From a virus (lineage: Duplodnaviria > Heunggongvirae > Uroviricota > Caudoviricetes), in IMG/VR virus record IMGVR_UViG_3300031758_000005: 64,000 bases of DNA. One strand, given 5' to 3'. The notes below the pieces were generated by a model. It saw only the letters and a program-made list of their open reading frames with translations. It was not told where the DNA came from and made no database searches. Shown piece by piece: positions 62,490-64,000 of the stretch; the stretch's first letter is position 1, and each line of letters begins with the position of its first letter. The translations under genes and the position numbers were made by a program.

Positions 62490-64000
62490 ATGTTGACGTT
62501 AACAAAGGTATTACCAGCATTAATTTCAAGTGGTAGCTTTACTGGTTCATTTTATGGTACCAGCAGTTATTCAAAAAGAGCATTAACCGCAAGTTATGCT
62601 TTGAATGCGAGTGGCGGTAGTGGAACCAGTGGAACCAGTGGTGCAACAGGCACAAGTGGTACCAGCGGTAATAGTGGAACCAGTGGCACAAGTGGTAACA
62701 GTGGTACTAATGGTACAAGCGGAAATAGTGGAAGTAGTGGAACAAGTGGTGGAGGAGCTTCATTAAATACAGGTAGTACTTATCCTATTACAAGCAGTTG
62801 GTCAAGAAAAGCAGTTACTGCTAGTTATTTAAATATTATAAGTCAATCTTTAATACCAGCTAAAAATAACACATATAGTTTGGGTAATCCTACTAATAAA
62901 TGGAAAGATATATATGTAAGTACCGCGAGTATTTATTTTGATAACTATCCACTTACAGTTAATGTCACAAATAATATACCGAGACTCAATTTCTTCAGTA
63001 GTAGCATAGTAACAGTACCAATAGGTTCAAATACAAACACAGCCAGTTATGCGCTTAAAGCATTAACAGCTAGTTATGTGTCTGGTGGTGGTTCCGGTAC
63101 ATCAGGAACAAGTGGTACAAGTATCACTGCAAGTTTGCAAACAGGCAGTATTGCTAAACAAACCGTATTATACAATGTGGTCTCAGGCAGTCAAAACGTA
63201 ATCACTGGGTTGAATTTGAGCGGAAATAAGTGGGGTGTAGATATCAAAGAAGAATGGGACTATGCGGTTGTACCAGGCGATCAATATTATAATAATGTAA
63301 ATTTATTATTACGTCTCACCGGAAGCAACGGAAGTACAACATTTGTTGACAATAGTTCATCGCCGAAAACGATGACTGCTAATGGTAATGCTCAAATTAG
63401 TACGGCGCAAACTAAATTTAGTGGGGGTAGTCTTTATTTAGATGGTAATGGTGATTATCTTACTACACCAAATACAACTTCGTTGTTATTAGGTACAAAT
63501 GATTTTACTATAGAGTGTTTCTTATATTTGACGCAAAATGGTACCACAGCTGTAGGTGAAACATATGCACCATTAATACTATTAGGAAATTATTTTGCGG
63601 AAAATTCAAACAGTAGAGTTTTTTATTCATTTATATATAACGTACAAGCTGGAAATAAATTAAGTTTTTCAACAAAAGGTGGAAATAGTTTTGGGCAGCC
63701 CGATTATTATGGTGTTTCAAGTAATGCTATTAATATTCCATTGAATACTTGGGTACACGTTGCGGTGACCAGAACTTCAAATCAAATTAAATTTTGGTAT
63801 AATGGATCGCTTGTAGGAACAGATAGCTCTGTATCTTGGAATTCAATTAATTTAAATGTTACTCCTGGTGCTAATAATAACTTGTATATCGGAAGACAGA
63901 GTGGATTCAGCTCAGTTGATGGTGCTCTATGGCATTTTCCTGGGTATTTGTCGAATATTAGAATTACAAACGGTGTGGCTAGATACACTGGCAATTTTAC
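62490..64000 (+). CDS. Tail fibre/adhesin with Gly-X-Ser repeats and LamG domain, runs off the window end
   Basis: Translated by hand from ATG 62490 (4 nt after TATTTATA): MLTLTKVLPALISSGSF..TASYALNASGGSGTS..QTGSIAKQT..DFTIEC..WVHVAVTR..IRITNGVARY; no stop in the window. Confidence 0.8.
   Translation, partial: MLTLTKVLPALISSGSFTGSFYGTSSYSKRALTASYALNASGGSGTSGTSGATGTSGTSGNSGTSGTSGNSGTNGTSGNSGSSGTSGGGASLNTGSTYPITSSWSRKAVTASYLNIISQSLIPAKNNTYSLGNPTNKWKDIYVSTASIYFDNYPLTVNVTNNIPRLNFFSSSIVTVPIGSNTNTASYALKALTASYVSGGGSGTSGTSGTSITASLQTGSIAKQTVLYNVVSGSQNVITGLNLSGNKWGVDIKEEWDYAVVPGDQYYNNVNLLLRLTGSNGSTTFVDNSSSPKTMTANGNAQISTAQTKFSGGSLYLDGNGDYLTTPNTTSLLLGTNDFTIECFLYLTQNGTTAVGETYAPLILLGNYFAENSNSRVFYSFIYNVQAGNKLSFSTKGGNSFGQPDYYGVSSNAINIPLNTWVHVAVTRTSNQIKFWYNGSLVGTDSSVSWNSINLNVTPGANNNLYIGRQSGFSSVDGALWHFPGYLSNIRITNGVARYTGNF

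Noticed and set aside
1-64000. Stop-codon recoding (code 15 or 4)
   Set aside because: Code 11 yields full-length conserved proteins and dense packing, and no CUA, UUA-suppressor or UCA anticodon was found. The UAA anticodon at 38473 reads Leu codons.

Overview
This AT-rich 64-kb window is part of a large lytic tailed dsDNA phage genome (Caudoviricetes with a T4-type replisome). It is not a cellular chromosome, and no integrase, rRNA or CRISPR array is visible. The standard code 11 gives long, tightly packed ORFs. Layout: (1) 1-6.5 kb: PD-(D/E)XK nuclease, family B DNA polymerase, sliding clamp and clamp loader. (2) 6.5-30.4 kb: nucleotide-sugar and glycan genes (GME-like epimerase, gmd, rmlA, rmlB, NRS/ER-type reductase, glycosyltransferases, methyltransferase, sulfotransferase), mixed with probable head/internal proteins (one with a SleB hydrolase domain), iscU, an SF2 helicase, HNH and GIY-YIG nucleases, a ClpP-like protease, and ferritin-like, thermonuclease and GNAT proteins. 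(3) 30.4-35.2 kb: small early ORFs and a SPOUT RNA methyltransferase. (4) 35.2-39.15 kb: a stable-RNA array of 12 tRNA or tRNA-like genes. Many are non-canonical: D-armless Arg-UCU, two long-arm Ile-UAU, short-arm Leu, Gly-ACC and deviant CAU species. They are interleaved with five highly base-paired non-coding segments, three repeated promoters, six boxA-like motifs and two free-standing endonucleases. (5) 39.2-64 kb: 2OG-Fe(II) oxygenases, further putative head proteins and a long array of modular tail-fibre/adhesin genes (Gly-X-Ser repeats, LamG domains, 18 Kelch-like blades). A TATTTATA motif sits 3-6 nt before many start codons. The best candidate for an undescribed system is the stable-RNA array. 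All family calls come from motif recognition by eye; no database search or folding program was run.
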